This document shows, one piece after another, positions 42,654 to 52,298 of a stretch of 64,000 nt of DNA (positions within the stretch are counted from its first letter, which is position 1; each line of letters starts with the position of its first letter). Source of the stretch: Candidatus Hydrogenedentota bacterium (lineage in GTDB: Bacteria > Hydrogenedentota > Hydrogenedentia > Hydrogenedentales > SLHB01); assembly GCA_963745075.1 (NCBI GenBank), contig CAVUWV010000014.1, positions 292,344 to 356,343 on the forward strand. The letters run 5' to 3'. The notes under the pieces are model-generated. The model had not been told where the DNA came from. It made no database searches and worked only from the letters and a program-made list of their open reading frames with translations. The position numbers and the translations under genes were made by a program.

Positions 42654-44039
42654 TCAAGGCGATACGGAATCCTGTAACTTCGGCACGCTCAGATCGGCGA
42701 GAAACTCGGGCCGGATGATTTTGCCGAGCAGAAAGAATTTTCGCTCCGGGTGCCATAGCACATTCTCGCCGTTGTGTGTTGTAAAGCTGGTATACCCCCC
42801 AATGTCGACGCGTTTCAAGGGTCCGATTCCCTGGCCGTCGTTGTCCATGAGCATCTTCGATTCGCTGAACCAGATGGGTTGTTCCGCGCCGGGCCGGTAT
42901 TCGCCCACCGCGATGTACGCGGGCCTGCGGTTGCTGTCCAGGCCGCCTGACTTGCCCGGATCCGTGCCGCCGAACGCGGGATGATGGACCAGCAAGTACC
43001 GGCCATCGGCCATCGAATAGATGGGGCAGCAGAAGAGCGGTTGGAGGATTGGCAAACCATGATCGTTCCGCAGGAGCGGACGCGGCGCGCACCACGTTTC
43101 GCCGTCGTCGTCGGAAATGCTGTACCAGATGTATGCCGTCATCGTCCGTATCGTACAGACGAGACGCCTGTCGGGCAGTCGAACAATGCTGGGTTCTTGA
43201 GCAACGCTCAGCAACGGATTCGTGTAATGCGGGACTCGCAGCGCCCGTTCATCCGAAGCAAACCAGGACATCGTGATATCCGCGGGCTCGGGATTGTCGT
43301 CGATATTCTCGAACCGCATGAACTCGACCACAGACTCGGCCGAGGTCCAATCCTTCGTGTGCGGGGCGGTCCGCACCGCCGGGCTGACCCACCGCGTGAA
43401 CCCCGTGTACCAGCGCCCCTCTAAATCCTTGATGGGTTTCTGCCATACGATCCAGTTCGACGGGTATTTCGGGTCCGGGTTGTCATAGATGCTGCGTTTC
43501 ATCGGAATCGTGCCCGGTGAAGACCATGTTAATCCGCTATCATCACTGTAAATCGCATCCATGGTCCCCGTGATCTGGTGGTGATAGTCGGCAATGCCTT
43601 GGTACTGGTTGTAGACAACGTAGATGCGACCCGATTGCGATATCAAGGGAAAGGCCCAGCTCGCTTGAAGTCCTTCGCCTTTCCGGGGTGAACCAGCGAT
43701 GCGTTTGGGGGCGGACCAGGTCTTGCCCTCGTCCTCTCTCCGCACAAACATGATGCGGTGATCGCCCGCGCCTTCGTACGTGCTTTGAGTCCACACGGCC
43801 ATTAACGAACCGTCCGGACCGTCGAACACCAGAAAATGCTCGTTGCCGGTATCGAGCGTCGAGCCGTCGACACTTTTGGGTACATACACCACGTAGTCTG
43901 GCTGGCTCCGTTCCATCTCCCGTTGCAGGAGGGGCTGCACGTCTTCCGGTGTCCCCGCTTCCTGAGCGCAGGCGAGTAGTGACGCCGCAAACGTCAGCAG
44001 CGTGAATATCTTGTGTCGAAGACCATTGCGTAGATTCAT
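42654..44039 (-). CDS. Secreted sialidase-like (BNR/Asp-box) protein
   Basis: Signal peptide; Asp-boxes REDEGKTW, SDDSGLTW and SDDDGETW; QEPSIV.L.D. Confidence 0.78.
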   Translation of the reverse strand: MNLRNGLRHKIFTLLTFAASLLACAQEAGTPEDVQPLLQREMERSQPDYVVYVPKSVDGSTLDTGNEHFLVFDGPDGSLMAVWTQSTYEGAGDHRIMFVRREDEGKTWSAPKRIAGSPRKGEGLQASWAFPLISQSGRIYVVYNQYQGIADYHHQITGTMDAIYSDDSGLTWSSPGTIPMKRSIYDNPDPKYPSNWIVWQKPIKDLEGRWYTGFTRWVSPAVRTAPHTKDWTSAESVVEFMRFENIDDNPEPADITMSWFASDERALRVPHYTNPLLSVAQEPSIVRLPDRRLVCTIRTMTAYIWYSISDDDGETWCAPRPLLRNDHGLPILQPLFCCPIYSMADGRYLLVHHPAFGGTDPGKSGGLDSNRRPAYIAVGEYRPGAEQPIWFSESKMLMDNDGQGIGPLKRVDIGGYTSFTTHNGENVLWHPERKFFLLGKIIRPEFLADLSVPKLQDSVSP

Positions 44040-44061
44040 TGGGACCCCTTGTGAATCACTC

Positions 44062-45345
44062 CTACTTACCGGGATAGTCGCGCCCGTCGCGTTCGGCAAC
44101 TTCCAAGGACTTGCTGTTCGAATAAACCTTCGTCTCGTACGGTTGCATGCGGACCACGATTTCACCATCGGACACGGTCAGCGTCTCCTGACCGTACAGC
44201 AACGACACTTCTCGTCCTTCCAACCCATCCAATCCGGAAACCTCGACGCCCATGTGCCGCTCCGAGTCGTCGTTGACCAAAATGACAAGCCAGTCGTCGC
44301 CGGACCGCCGCACCGTGTAGGCTACACCACGCCCCTGGCTCTGCTCCGGAAACTCGACGAGACGCACCGCGGTGTCGGGCACTTCCGGCGCTACCAGGAA
44401 TGGTTGCAACGCCGCCAGTTCCGCCGTCAGCGCATACAGCGACTGCCGAAACTCGTCGGACTTCAGGTAATGGGAACCCCAATAAAGAATCCCTTTTGCT
44501 CCGTGGGCGATGACGTCGTAGGCCATAAACCGCGACTCGGCGAAACTCGGATAGGCCGTGCCCCGCGACTCGTATCGTTCGCCCAGTTCGTCCCAGGAGA
44601 AGGCCTGCAAGACCATCCACACTGGCATGCCGTCTCCGACCATCTTCCAGCGCTCGACGCCTTCGCCCATGTGGGGAAGGTCCCGTTCCTTCGCGCTGAC
44701 TGGGTAGATGTCACACCCCGTGATCTCGGCGAATTTCAGGTATTGCCGGACGAACCGCGCGTCGCTGCGCTGCGCCTCGTTGAACCATACTTGCCGGTGC
44801 TGCGGATCAACGGACCGAATCCACTCCACCGCGGCGCGCATGTTGGGGATGATCTCCGCTGCCTTTTCGTCGGAGTACGCGATGGCCTTCGGGGTCTGCA
44901 TCCACCATTCGTCCGGGTGCTCGTACACGCCCATATCGCGATGGAGCCCGCTGTAGGCCGTAAAGTTCCAGACCACCTCGTCCGGTCCTTCCCAGATCGC
45001 GAGCGCGGGATGGTCTTTCACAGAGTCGACTTTGGCCCTGAGGTCGTCGGTGAGACCGTTCTGCAGTGGAAGCGGCATCCACCCCAGCACGCCCAGCGCC
45101 TGCGCGCGGTCGAGATCGGTTTTGTCCCCACATCGAACGAGGTTGACGCCCGCGTTTGCCATCGCGGCCAAACCCGCGTCGTCGTCGGGTAGTTCGTAGA
45201 ATCCGATGGGGAAGAGGGTCGCACCGTCGCGCTGGATGAAGCCGGCTCCGGCGGCGATCGACTGGTTGACGAATAGCACCGGGAGAAACAGCAAAGCAAG
45301 GTAGCTTGGAATTCCGAATTGACCCGTGGACGGCCTGAATCGCAT
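44062..45345 (-). CDS. Secreted putative glycoside-hydrolase-like TIM-barrel protein
   Basis: Signal peptide; FPIGFY, AGVNLV, DHPALAIW...DE, DIYP, PVWMVLQAF and HGAKGILYW. Confidence 0.6.
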   Translation of the reverse strand: MRFRPSTGQFGIPSYLALLFLPVLFVNQSIAAGAGFIQRDGATLFPIGFYELPDDDAGLAAMANAGVNLVRCGDKTDLDRAQALGVLGWMPLPLQNGLTDDLRAKVDSVKDHPALAIWEGPDEVVWNFTAYSGLHRDMGVYEHPDEWWMQTPKAIAYSDEKAAEIIPNMRAAVEWIRSVDPQHRQVWFNEAQRSDARFVRQYLKFAEITGCDIYPVSAKERDLPHMGEGVERWKMVGDGMPVWMVLQAFSWDELGERYESRGTAYPSFAESRFMAYDVIAHGAKGILYWGSHYLKSDEFRQSLYALTAELAALQPFLVAPEVPDTAVRLVEFPEQSQGRGVAYTVRRSGDDWLVILVNDDSERHMGVEVSGLDGLEGREVSLLYGQETLTVSDGEIVVRMQPYETKVYSNSKSLEVAERDGRDYPGK

Positions 45346-45524
45346 AGGTGATTTCCCCCTTGTTCGCCATTCGTACGGTGCCGGCCTGAAATCACGCACC
45401 CTCATGTCGCATTATGCCGATTCGGGTATGTGTCTTTTCAAGACCGCACATTTCAGCTCTTGTCTTGTGTGGGGTCCACCCGGTTGGTATTGTTATCTCC
45501 GATGTAACGTGGGAGGGGATTGGC

Positions 45525-46475
45525 GTGCATGTGCGTAAAGCAGTAATCACGGCGGCGGGGCGTGGGGTCCGTCTCTATCCGGCGGCCGATACCGTTCAGA
45601 AGGCCATGTTGCCCCTGGTGGATCGGGACGGACTCGCAAAGCCGGTCATTCAGATTATCGCCGAGGAAGCGCTGGAAAGCGGAATCGAAGAAATCTGCGT
45701 GGTGTGCGCGCCGGGGGACGAGGACGCGTACCAGCGCCAATTCGCTTCGCTCCACGAGAACCTGCTCGCCTCGTACCGTGGCGTGGACTGGGCCCAGATG
45801 CAGGCCGAACGCCTGAGTAGCGTGGTGAACCGGCTGCGGTTCGCACCGCAGCACGATGCCCTGGGGTACGGTCATGCCGTGTATTGCGCCCGCGAGTTCG
45901 TCGGCGATGAGCCGTTCCTGCTGTTATTGGGCGACCACCTCTATGTATCGCAAGTCGAAGGCAGGCGCTGCGCCCAGCAGTTGATCGACCTCGCCGTTCA
46001 GGAAGAATGCTCCGTTGCGGCCGTCCAGGCCACACGGGAACACCTGGTCGGGCGCTACGGGACCTTGTGCGGCAAACGCGTTCCACGTCACACCGGCGCC
46101 TACCAAATCGAGCGGATTATCGAAAAACCTTCCGTCAGCCAGGCGGAACTCGAACTCTATACGCCGGGACTTCGCGCCGGGTATTTTCTCTGCTTTTTCG
46201 GCATGTACGTCCTCACACCTTCCGTGTTTGCCATTCTCGAAGAGGCGGTGGAACACGCGGAGGCGGGGCAGGGGGACGTGCAATTGACGACGGCCCTCCA
46301 GGATCTCGCACTGCGCGAACGCCACTTGGCCCTCGAAGTGCGCGGGGTGCGCCATGACATCGGTTCGAAATTCGGACTGCTGCAAACCCAACTCGCCCTC
46401 GGCTTAGCGGGGCAGGACCGGGACGAAATCCTCACATCACTGGTGGAACTGCTCGTCGAATCCGGGAAACACTGA
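45525..46475 (+). CDS. GalU-like sugar-1-phosphate nucleotidyltransferase
   Basis: KAVITAAGRGVRLYP....QKAMLP, Q..ALGYGHAV, FLLLLGDH and IEKP. GTG 45525 follows GGAGG. Confidence 0.85.
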   Translation: MHVRKAVITAAGRGVRLYPAADTVQKAMLPLVDRDGLAKPVIQIIAEEALESGIEEICVVCAPGDEDAYQRQFASLHENLLASYRGVDWAQMQAERLSSVVNRLRFAPQHDALGYGHAVYCAREFVGDEPFLLLLGDHLYVSQVEGRRCAQQLIDLAVQEECSVAAVQATREHLVGRYGTLCGKRVPRHTGAYQIERIIEKPSVSQAELELYTPGLRAGYFLCFFGMYVLTPSVFAILEEAVEHAEAGQGDVQLTTALQDLALRERHLALEVRGVRHDIGSKFGLLQTQLALGLAGQDRDEILTSLVELLVESGKH

Positions 46476-46501
46476 CGTGTACGCGTTGTAGTGAGGACGC
46501 T

Positions 46502-49500
46502 TTGAACCCATTCATTGAAACGATCGCCAGTCCCGATCCCGTCGTTCGCAACCGACCCCTTGCGTCGCTATGCGCGGGGCAGCCCACGGCGGCGCTTCTC
46601 GATTCGTCCCGGGAATTGGAAGCCTTCCGGCGCGCCTCGAACAACCTCTACGAGCGAGTCCGTGCAACCCTGTTCCTCCACAACATCCTCCGTTTTCATT
46701 TGCAGGAATCCTGTGATATCCCGGCGGCAGGTGCGATTCCGTACGCGGGGTTCTGCGATCTCCTCGAACGGCGCTTTGAAGAAGCCATTCGGTGTTTCTT
46801 GCGTGTCATCGACGACAGCGGGCCCAGCGCAGCCCTCTTGAGCGCCCTTGCGGCGTGCTACCACCACCTCGCGTTCCAAACGCTCGCCGATCAGGTGCGC
46901 AAGAGCGTTCGGTTCAGCCGGGGCAACCAATGGATGTTTCGGGTCGGCCACGCGGAGGACCATCCGCTCCGGATTCGGTCCGAAATGCTGCGCCGACCGG
47001 AAGGCGCGATGCTGTACCCGGTCCTGGCCGAGAAGACGCCGGTGCGCCTCGACCTCAGCCACAGCGGCTGGTCCGACATCTTTTTCCTGGGCATGGATTA
47101 TCCCGAAGGCGCGCGCGTCCTCAATATCTCCGTCGATCTCGGCGTTTACGGCCGGGACGCGGACGTGCGGCCGCCGGTCGAGTCGTTCGTGCGGGTGATT
47201 CCGGAACCCGTGATTCGGCTTACCAGCATTGACTTGGGCGTGACCAAGGACGTTGCCGACCTCAACGACCTCTTCAATTTTGGAAACGACTACCTTAGCC
47301 TGTTGAAGGCCGGCGTCATCGCATCGGGAGTGGTGCCGCCTTCGCTGGAAGGCACCGAGCATTCCCTGGCCGACGTGCTCGCACGCGTGGTCTCCCCGAA
47401 CATGGGCCTCGAACTGATCACGAAAATCAACGACATTCCCAAAGGTTCCCGCCTCGCCGTATCGACCAACCTGCTCGCCGGGATCATTGCCGCCCTCATG
47501 CGCGCGACCGGACAAACCAGCGCGCTGGAGGGATCGTTGCACGAGGAGGAACGACGGCTGGTCGCGTCTCGCGCGATCCTGGGCGAATGGCTGGGCGGCT
47601 CCGGTGGCGGCTGGCAGGATTCCGGCGGAATCTGGCCGGGCATCAAGGTCATCGAGGGCGCGCGTGCGGAAGAGGGCGATCCCGAGTTCGGCGTCAGCAA
47701 AGGGTGCCTCTTACCCCGTCACCGATTGCTCGAGGGCGACGATCTGCATCCGGAGATCGCAGACCGGCTTGCCCAATCCCTGGTGCTGGTTCACGGGGGC
47801 ATGGCGCAGAACGTTGGTCCCATTCTGGAGATGGTTACCGAAAAATACCTCCTGCGCGCCTCCGCGGAATGGACTGCACGCCAGGACATGCGGAGCATTT
47901 TCGACAACATCCTCTCTGCCTTGCGAGATGGGGACGTTCGCACGGTCGCAGCCAACACCCATACGAATTGGGATGGCCCGCTGAAAACCATCATCCCCTG
48001 GGTCACGAATCACTTCACCGAGACCGTGATCGCGCGGGCGCGTGCATCGTTGAAAAAGGACTTCTGGGGATTTCAGATGCTGGGCGGCATGTCGGGCGGC
48101 GGGATGGCCATGTACGTGGCCCCGAAATGCCACGCCCGATTCCGCGATGAAGCGTTGACCATCATGCGCGACGTTAAAGGCAGCATGGACGATGCGCTCC
48201 CCTTTGCCATGGAACCCGTCGTTTACGACTTCCGCATCAACAGTGTGGGGACAACGGCGTGGGTCCACGAGGGATCGGACGCGCTGTTGCCGCCGCGTTA
48301 CTACGCACTGCAAGTTCCGGAACTGGTTCGCCGGCAAGCCGACGAAATTCCCTATCTGCGCCGCGCGGAACTCGACCACTTCACCGCCCGTTCACGCGAT
48401 TATGGCGAAACCTTCGGCCTATTGCGCACCGTCGTGAGCAGCTTGTTCCGTGTGTCCGACTCGGCCACCTCGTCCGAGCGCCTGGAATGGGATCGCGAGT
48501 CGGATGCCGTCAAGCGCGCGAACGGGTTCGACACCGTGCAGCACGAGCAGTATCGTAACGATCTCCGTGCCGGGCGGATCGGACTTTCCCACAACCGGCT
48601 GTCGGTTGAAACGCGTATCGAAGACGTGCGCGACACGGATGTAGTCCAACTCGACACCGGCACGAATCATCGAGCGCGTGCCGTGAAGGCCCTTCAAGAA
48701 GGCCGCGTGGCCGTGTTGTCCCTTGCCGGTGGCGTAGGGAGTCGCTGGACTTCCGGCGCCGGCGTCGTGAAAGCGGTGAACCCCTTCGTGATGATGGCGG
48801 GCAAACACCGGGCCTTTCTCGAACTTCATCTCGCCAAGTCGCGACGCGTCGGCGAACGGTTCGGCACGGTGCCACCGCATCTGATATCGACCAGCTTCCT
48901 GACGCACGCCCCCGTCGAACGCCATCTTCGCGCAAACGACAATTTCGGATACACGGGAACGTTGCTCCTGTCGCCGGGCCGCTCCATCGGACAACGGCTC
49001 GTACCCATGACCCGGGACCTGGTGTTCCTCTGGGAAGAGACGCCACAAGAGACATTGGACGAACAAAAACAGAAGGTTCGCGAGTCCGTACGTGCGGCAC
49101 TGATGGACTGGTCGCGGGCCGTGGGGGAGGGGACGGACTACGCGGACAACCTTCCCGTACAACGTTTCAACCCGCCGGGACACTGGTACGAAGTGCCGAA
49201 CCTTCTGCGGAATGGCGTACTCGCCGCGTTGCTGCGCGAACATCCGCAGGTCGAAACCATCATGCTGCACAACATCGACACCCTGGGCGCAGACCTCGAC
49301 CCTGACGCGCTGGGGGCACACTTGGCTTCGGAGAATATGCTCACGTTTGAAGTGGTGCCGCGCCGCATACAAGATCGGGGCGGCGGACTCGCACGGGTGA
49401 ACGGCAAAGTGCGTCTGTTGGAAGGTCTCGCGCAACCCCGCGAAGAGGACGAACTGAAGCTGCGGTTCTACAATTCCATGACCACGTGGATTCAGATCGA

Positions 49501-49834
49501 TCCGCTGCTTCAGTTGTTCGGCCTGTCGCGCGAAGACTTGGACGGACCCGAAGCTACAATTGCCGAGTCCGTCCGCGCGGTGGCCCAGCGGGTGCCAACC
49601 TACGTGACGATCAAGGACGTCAAGCGGCGTTGGGGTCACGGGCAGGAAGACGTGTACCCCGTAGCGCAATTCGAGAAACTTTGGAGCGACATGACCGCCT
49701 TGCCGGACGTGCCATGCGGATTCCTTGCCGTCCCCCGCATGCGCGGGCAGCAACTCAAAGACCCCGACGAACTCGATCCCTGGGTTAATGACGGGAGTAA
49801 GGATTACGTAAAAGGGCTGTGCACGTTTGCCTGA
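46502..49834 (+). CDS. GHMP-type sugar kinase fused to UDPGP-family (UTP-hexose-1-phosphate uridylyltransferase-like) domain
   Basis: Kinase part: PVRLDLSHSGWSD, IPKGSRLAVS, GGGWQDS and LGGMSGGG. Pyrophosphorylase part: LAGGVGSRW...K, NPPGH, HNIDTLGA, GGGL and AQFEK. Confidence 0.78.
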   Translation: MNPFIETIASPDPVVRNRPLASLCAGQPTAALLDSSRELEAFRRASNNLYERVRATLFLHNILRFHLQESCDIPAAGAIPYAGFCDLLERRFEEAIRCFLRVIDDSGPSAALLSALAACYHHLAFQTLADQVRKSVRFSRGNQWMFRVGHAEDHPLRIRSEMLRRPEGAMLYPVLAEKTPVRLDLSHSGWSDIFFLGMDYPEGARVLNISVDLGVYGRDADVRPPVESFVRVIPEPVIRLTSIDLGVTKDVADLNDLFNFGNDYLSLLKAGVIASGVVPPSLEGTEHSLADVLARVVSPNMGLELITKINDIPKGSRLAVSTNLLAGIIAALMRATGQTSALEGSLHEEERRLVASRAILGEWLGGSGGGWQDSGGIWPGIKVIEGARAEEGDPEFGVSKGCLLPRHRLLEGDDLHPEIADRLAQSLVLVHGGMAQNVGPILEMVTEKYLLRASAEWTARQDMRSIFDNILSALRDGDVRTVAANTHTNWDGPLKTIIPWVTNHFTETVIARARASLKKDFWGFQMLGGMSGGGMAMYVAPKCHARFRDEALTIMRDVKGSMDDALPFAMEPVVYDFRINSVGTTAWVHEGSDALLPPRYYALQVPELVRRQADEIPYLRRAELDHFTARSRDYGETFGLLRTVVSSLFRVSDSATSSERLEWDRESDAVKRANGFDTVQHEQYRNDLRAGRIGLSHNRLSVETRIEDVRDTDVVQLDTGTNHRARAVKALQEGRVAVLSLAGGVGSRWTSGAGVVKAVNPFVMMAGKHRAFLELHLAKSRRVGERFGTVPPHLISTSFLTHAPVERHLRANDNFGYTGTLLLSPGRSIGQRLVPMTRDLVFLWEETPQETLDEQKQKVRESVRAALMDWSRAVGEGTDYADNLPVQRFNPPGHWYEVPNLLRNGVLAALLREHPQVETIMLHNIDTLGADLDPDALGAHLASENMLTFEVVPRRIQDRGGGLARVNGKVRLLEGLAQPREEDELKLRFYNSMTTWIQIDPLLQLFGLSREDLDGPEATIAESVRAVAQRVPTYVTIKDVKRRWGHGQEDVYPVAQFEKLWSDMTALPDVPCGFLAVPRMRGQQLKDPDELDPWVNDGSKDYVKGLCTFA

Positions 49835-49923
49835 CCCGCACCGTCATGCTGAGCGCGGACCTTTATCGAGGTTGTTGGCGGCGAAAACAGTCGAGCATGG
49901 TCGCGACGTGTATTACTCGCGAG

Positions 49924-49983
49924 ATCGAAATCGGGATCGAAATCGAGATCGAAATCGGGATCGAAATCGGGATCGGGATCGGA
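49924..49983. repeat. Hexanucleotide tandem repeat (ATCGRR)x10
   Basis: atcgaa atcggg atcgaa atcgag atcgaa atcggg atcgaa atcggg atcggg atcgga, between convergent genes. Confidence 0.9.
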
Positions 49984-50120
49984 ATTACTTTGCACTTGAC
50001 GCTTCGATCCCGATCACGATTACAGCCACGACAACCAGAATTCGCGACGATGCCCCAATTCGCCATTCTCGCCAAATCGGGGATCCATCTTAAAGAACAG
50101 AACGATCCGAGTCCGTATTC

Positions 50121-51632
50121 TTATTGCGCCACGCTCAGCGCCAGATACTTATTCACCGCGCTCAAATACGCCTTCACTGCCGCCTCGATAATGTCCGTGC
50201 TGGCGCCGGTGCCGTAGTACATCTTCCCGTCCAGCAACACCGTCACGTGGGCCTCGCCAAGAGCGTCCTTTCCGGGGGACGCAGCACGGATATTGAATTC
50301 CTGCAAACGACCGCTCACACCGACCACGCGCTCGATGGCTTGACAGGCCGCATCGACGGGACCATCGCCGACGGCCGTGTCGAGATACTCCTCCTGACCC
50401 CGCTTCAACTTCACGAGCGCCATCGCCGGGTCGTTGCCTGAGGTCCGCAATTGCTCCAGCGAATACGTCTCGAAACTCTCGTTCCGCATCGTGGCCAAGA
50501 GCACGCGAAGGTCGTCCTCGAAGATTTCCTTCTTTTTGTCAGCGAGTTCGCTGAAGCGTTGGTAGAGTCCGGCGGTTTCCTCGTCGTTCAATTCGAAACC
50601 GAGGTCGGCGCAACGTTTCAGCAGGCCGTGTTTCCCGGAATGCTTGCCCAGGATCAGTTCGTTGCTGCTCCGTCCCACGGATTCCGGCGTCATGATCTCA
50701 TACGTGATGCGGCTCGCGATGACGCCGTGCTGGTGGATGCCCGCCTCGTGGGCGAAGGCGTTGCGACCCACGATCGGTTTGTTGTACGAAATGGTCAAGC
50801 CCGTCAGGTTCCCCAACAGGCGGCTCGTGTTAATGATCTCCTCCGTCACGATGCCCGTATCGAAGGGGTAGACGTTCTGGCGCGTCTTCATCGCCATCAC
50901 CACTTCTTCCAGCGAGGTGTTTCCCGCGCGCTCGCCGATACCATTCACGCAGCACTCGATCTGCCGCGCACCACCCCGGACGGCCGCCAGGGCGTTCGCC
51001 ACCGCCAGTCCGAGATCGTTGTGGTTGTGACAGGAGAACACGACCTTGTCCGCACCCGGCACATTCGCAATCACAGTCCGGAACATTTCCTCGATTTCCC
51101 CCGGCGTCGTGTAGCCAACCGTGTCCGGCAGGTTGATCACATCCGCGCCGGCCTCAATGGCCGCCTTCGTAATCTGCGCGAGATACGCGGGGTCGCTCCG
51201 CGTCGAGTCCTCGGCTGAGAACTCCACCCGCTCCACCAGGCTCTTGGCGAGGCGCACCGCTTCCGCGGCCTTCTCCAGAACCTGCTCCCGCGTCATCCGC
51301 AACTTGTGTTCGAGATGGATGTCCGACGTTGCGATAAAGGTGTGCAATACGGGATGTTGCGCCTTCTCGACGGCCTTGGCCGCCCGTTCGATGTCGGCCT
51401 TGTTCGCGCGAGCCAATCCGGCCACCCGCGGCTTCTTTACCGCCGCCGCGACTTTTTGCACCCCTTCAAACTCTTGATCCGATGCGATGGGGAACCCCGC
51501 TTCGATGATATCCACCCCGAGTCGTTCGAGCTGCAACGCCATCTGAATCTTCTCTTTAACGTTCATGCTCGCGCCCGGCGACTGCTCACCGTCCCGCAGG
51601 GTGGTATCGAAGATCTCTACTCGCTCAGCCAC
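50121..51632 (-). CDS. leuA: 2-isopropylmalate synthase
   Basis: FDTTLRDGEQSPG, LPDTVG, HNHNDLGLA, GERAGN, FAHEAGIHQ and regulatory-domain GDGPVDA; AGGAGG before the GTG. Confidence 0.96.
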   Translation of the reverse strand: MAERVEIFDTTLRDGEQSPGASMNVKEKIQMALQLERLGVDIIEAGFPIASDQEFEGVQKVAAAVKKPRVAGLARANKADIERAAKAVEKAQHPVLHTFIATSDIHLEHKLRMTREQVLEKAAEAVRLAKSLVERVEFSAEDSTRSDPAYLAQITKAAIEAGADVINLPDTVGYTTPGEIEEMFRTVIANVPGADKVVFSCHNHNDLGLAVANALAAVRGGARQIECCVNGIGERAGNTSLEEVVMAMKTRQNVYPFDTGIVTEEIINTSRLLGNLTGLTISYNKPIVGRNAFAHEAGIHQHGVIASRITYEIMTPESVGRSSNELILGKHSGKHGLLKRCADLGFELNDEETAGLYQRFSELADKKKEIFEDDLRVLLATMRNESFETYSLEQLRTSGNDPAMALVKLKRGQEEYLDTAVGDGPVDAACQAIERVVGVSGRLQEFNIRAASPGKDALGEAHVTVLLDGKMYYGTGASTDIIEAAVKAYLSAVNKYLALSVAQ

Positions 51633-51794
51633 GACTCCTCCTTTGAACTATCCCCCGGAATTCGCCGGGGATTGGTTAGCGAATAACCTTACCAAAGCGC
51701 CGGGAACGGGTCAAAAACGAACGCGTATACCTTCTGGAATGGAATTCCCCCAAGCCAAACCGCCGCGAGTAGTCGTCCACGGGGCCGGCATCAA

Positions 51795-52298
51795 TCACTT
51801 GCTTTGCGTTACGCCCATTTGCGACCAGTCGATTTGCCGCGTGTGGAAGAAGTACGTGCCCGTCTTCTTGGACCTGAACCCGTGACCGAGATACAGTTTC
51901 AACCCCGTCGCGCCGCGGTCCACCAACGACTGAAATTTTGGTAGCATGTCCGGGTCTTCCGGGTTGACCGTCGGCCACGCCTCGAACCGCCCGGGATACC
52001 GCTCCACAATCCGCAACAACGCCGCGTTGTTCTCATCGTACCGGGTAAACCCCACGTCCTCGTTCAACGTAATTGTGAACCACGAACTCCCTACCAGCAC
52101 CGTCCGCTCGATCCCCAACTCATCCATCACCGCCAGCAGCTTCGGCACTTCGGTGTCGGACTGAATGTGCTCGTGGATATTGATCGTTTGAGCCGCACAC
52201 GGCAGAAGAATGCTTGCAAGGAGCAATGCGACAGTTACTACCGAAAGACACGCCGCTCGCAAATCACGCAAGCCGTCCCAACCCACGGTGCAATTCAT
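51795..52298 (-). pseudogene. Amidohydrolase copy 3 with in-frame 570-bp internal deletion
   Basis: Matches copies 1 and 2 from AQTINIHEH to YFFHTR, then jumps to QIDWSQMGVTQSK. The 190 missing codons include the FHVNP, CPH and GTD catalytic motifs. Confidence 0.85.

Noticed and set aside
49819..50217. ORFs reading IEIGIEIE / DRNRDRN / DPDFDPDF
   Set aside because: These are translations of the hexamer microsatellite with no other coding evidence.
51633..51794. Possible leucine attenuator upstream of leuA (hairpin near 51650-51672)
   Set aside because: There is no Leu-rich leader peptide and no U-tailed terminator.
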